DNA of 63,803 nt, counting the filler, from Octopus bimaculoides (taxonomy: Eukaryota), in NCBI RefSeq assembly GCF_001194135.2. It is 6 parts of 5 records of this genome, joined end to end, with 100 filler letters (N's around TTAATTAATTAA, not from the genome) between each part and the next. Parts side by side here need not be neighbours in the genome. Positions count along the whole stretch, not along the records: positions 62,741 to 63,803 come from NC_068987.1; 5 more parts are not named here. One strand, written 5' to 3'. Under the pieces are notes generated by a model, which was not told where the DNA came from, did not search any database, and saw only the letters and a program-made list of their open reading frames with translations. Shown one piece after another: positions 63,432 to 63,803 of the stretch. The translations under genes and the position numbers were made by a program. Position 1 is the stretch's first letter, and every line of letters starts with the position of its first letter.

Positions 63432-63803
63432 CTATAGAGGTGTACTCCCGTGTGGAATTTGGATGTTACCCCACTCGGATTTACGGTTGAGAGAGGGTTT
63501 GTACTCCTGTATACAGACAGCTTCAGTGACTTGTCTCAGCATTGCATCAGTGGGATGTTTGGACAAGATATTTAATTTAAGTTTCCCTAAGAAGCCCTTG
63601 TGGCAGTCTACAGCATGCTGATAGAAGATGGAGTTTGGTTTCTTTTCAATGTAGTTGTCCAGGTGTTCTTTGAACTTATCATTGATACTCCTAGAAGTCT
63701 CACCAATGTATGACTCTGGGTTAGTCGCGCAAGCTCCTTCTTGGCACTTGATCTGCTATACAGTGTTCTTGGTTTTGCAGTTCACGTGTGGTTTTTTTTT
63801 GCA
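63432..63803 (-). mobile_element. Penelope-like element, GIY-YIG endonuclease C-terminus (runs off the window end)
   Basis: Single frame CKKKPHVNCKTKNTV*QIKCQEGACATNPESYIGETSRSINDKFKEH...HAVDCH...MLRQVTEAVCIQEYKPSLNRKSEWG. One in-frame TAG (63756-63758) sits at the Tyr position of the VY motif; terminal stop at 63432-63434. Confidence 0.9.

Overview
AT-rich, gap-ridden animal genomic scaffold, dense in microsatellites and tRNA-derived SINEs. The repeat content looks cephalopod (Octopus-like); this is an inference from SINE motifs, not a database result. The only host gene I can support is the 3' end of listerin/LTN1 on the minus strand: two coding exons (39372-39539 and 38854-38928) encoding the C4HC3 RING, plus poly(A) signals. 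No upstream LTN1 exon is visible in the remaining ~24 kb. About 0.5 kb past the LTN1 stop lies a ~19.5 kb CpG-rich satellite (18912-38383) built from TTCG and TACG tetramers. It has a landmark-ordered higher-order structure, and its terminal ~1.6 kb block is inverted at a gap-free TTCGAA junction. The rest is transposon debris: at least four SINE types, CR1/Jockey-group and RTE LINE fragments, Penelope-like GIY-YIG remnants, a mariner fragment interrupted by a solo LTR with a 5-bp TSD, a mariner MITE, a TIR element carrying telomeric repeats, and a Helentron-like element. Several short repeats carry minimal hammerhead-ribozyme motifs of the Penelope/retrozyme type. Almost all listed ORFs are microsatellite or N-gap artefacts.
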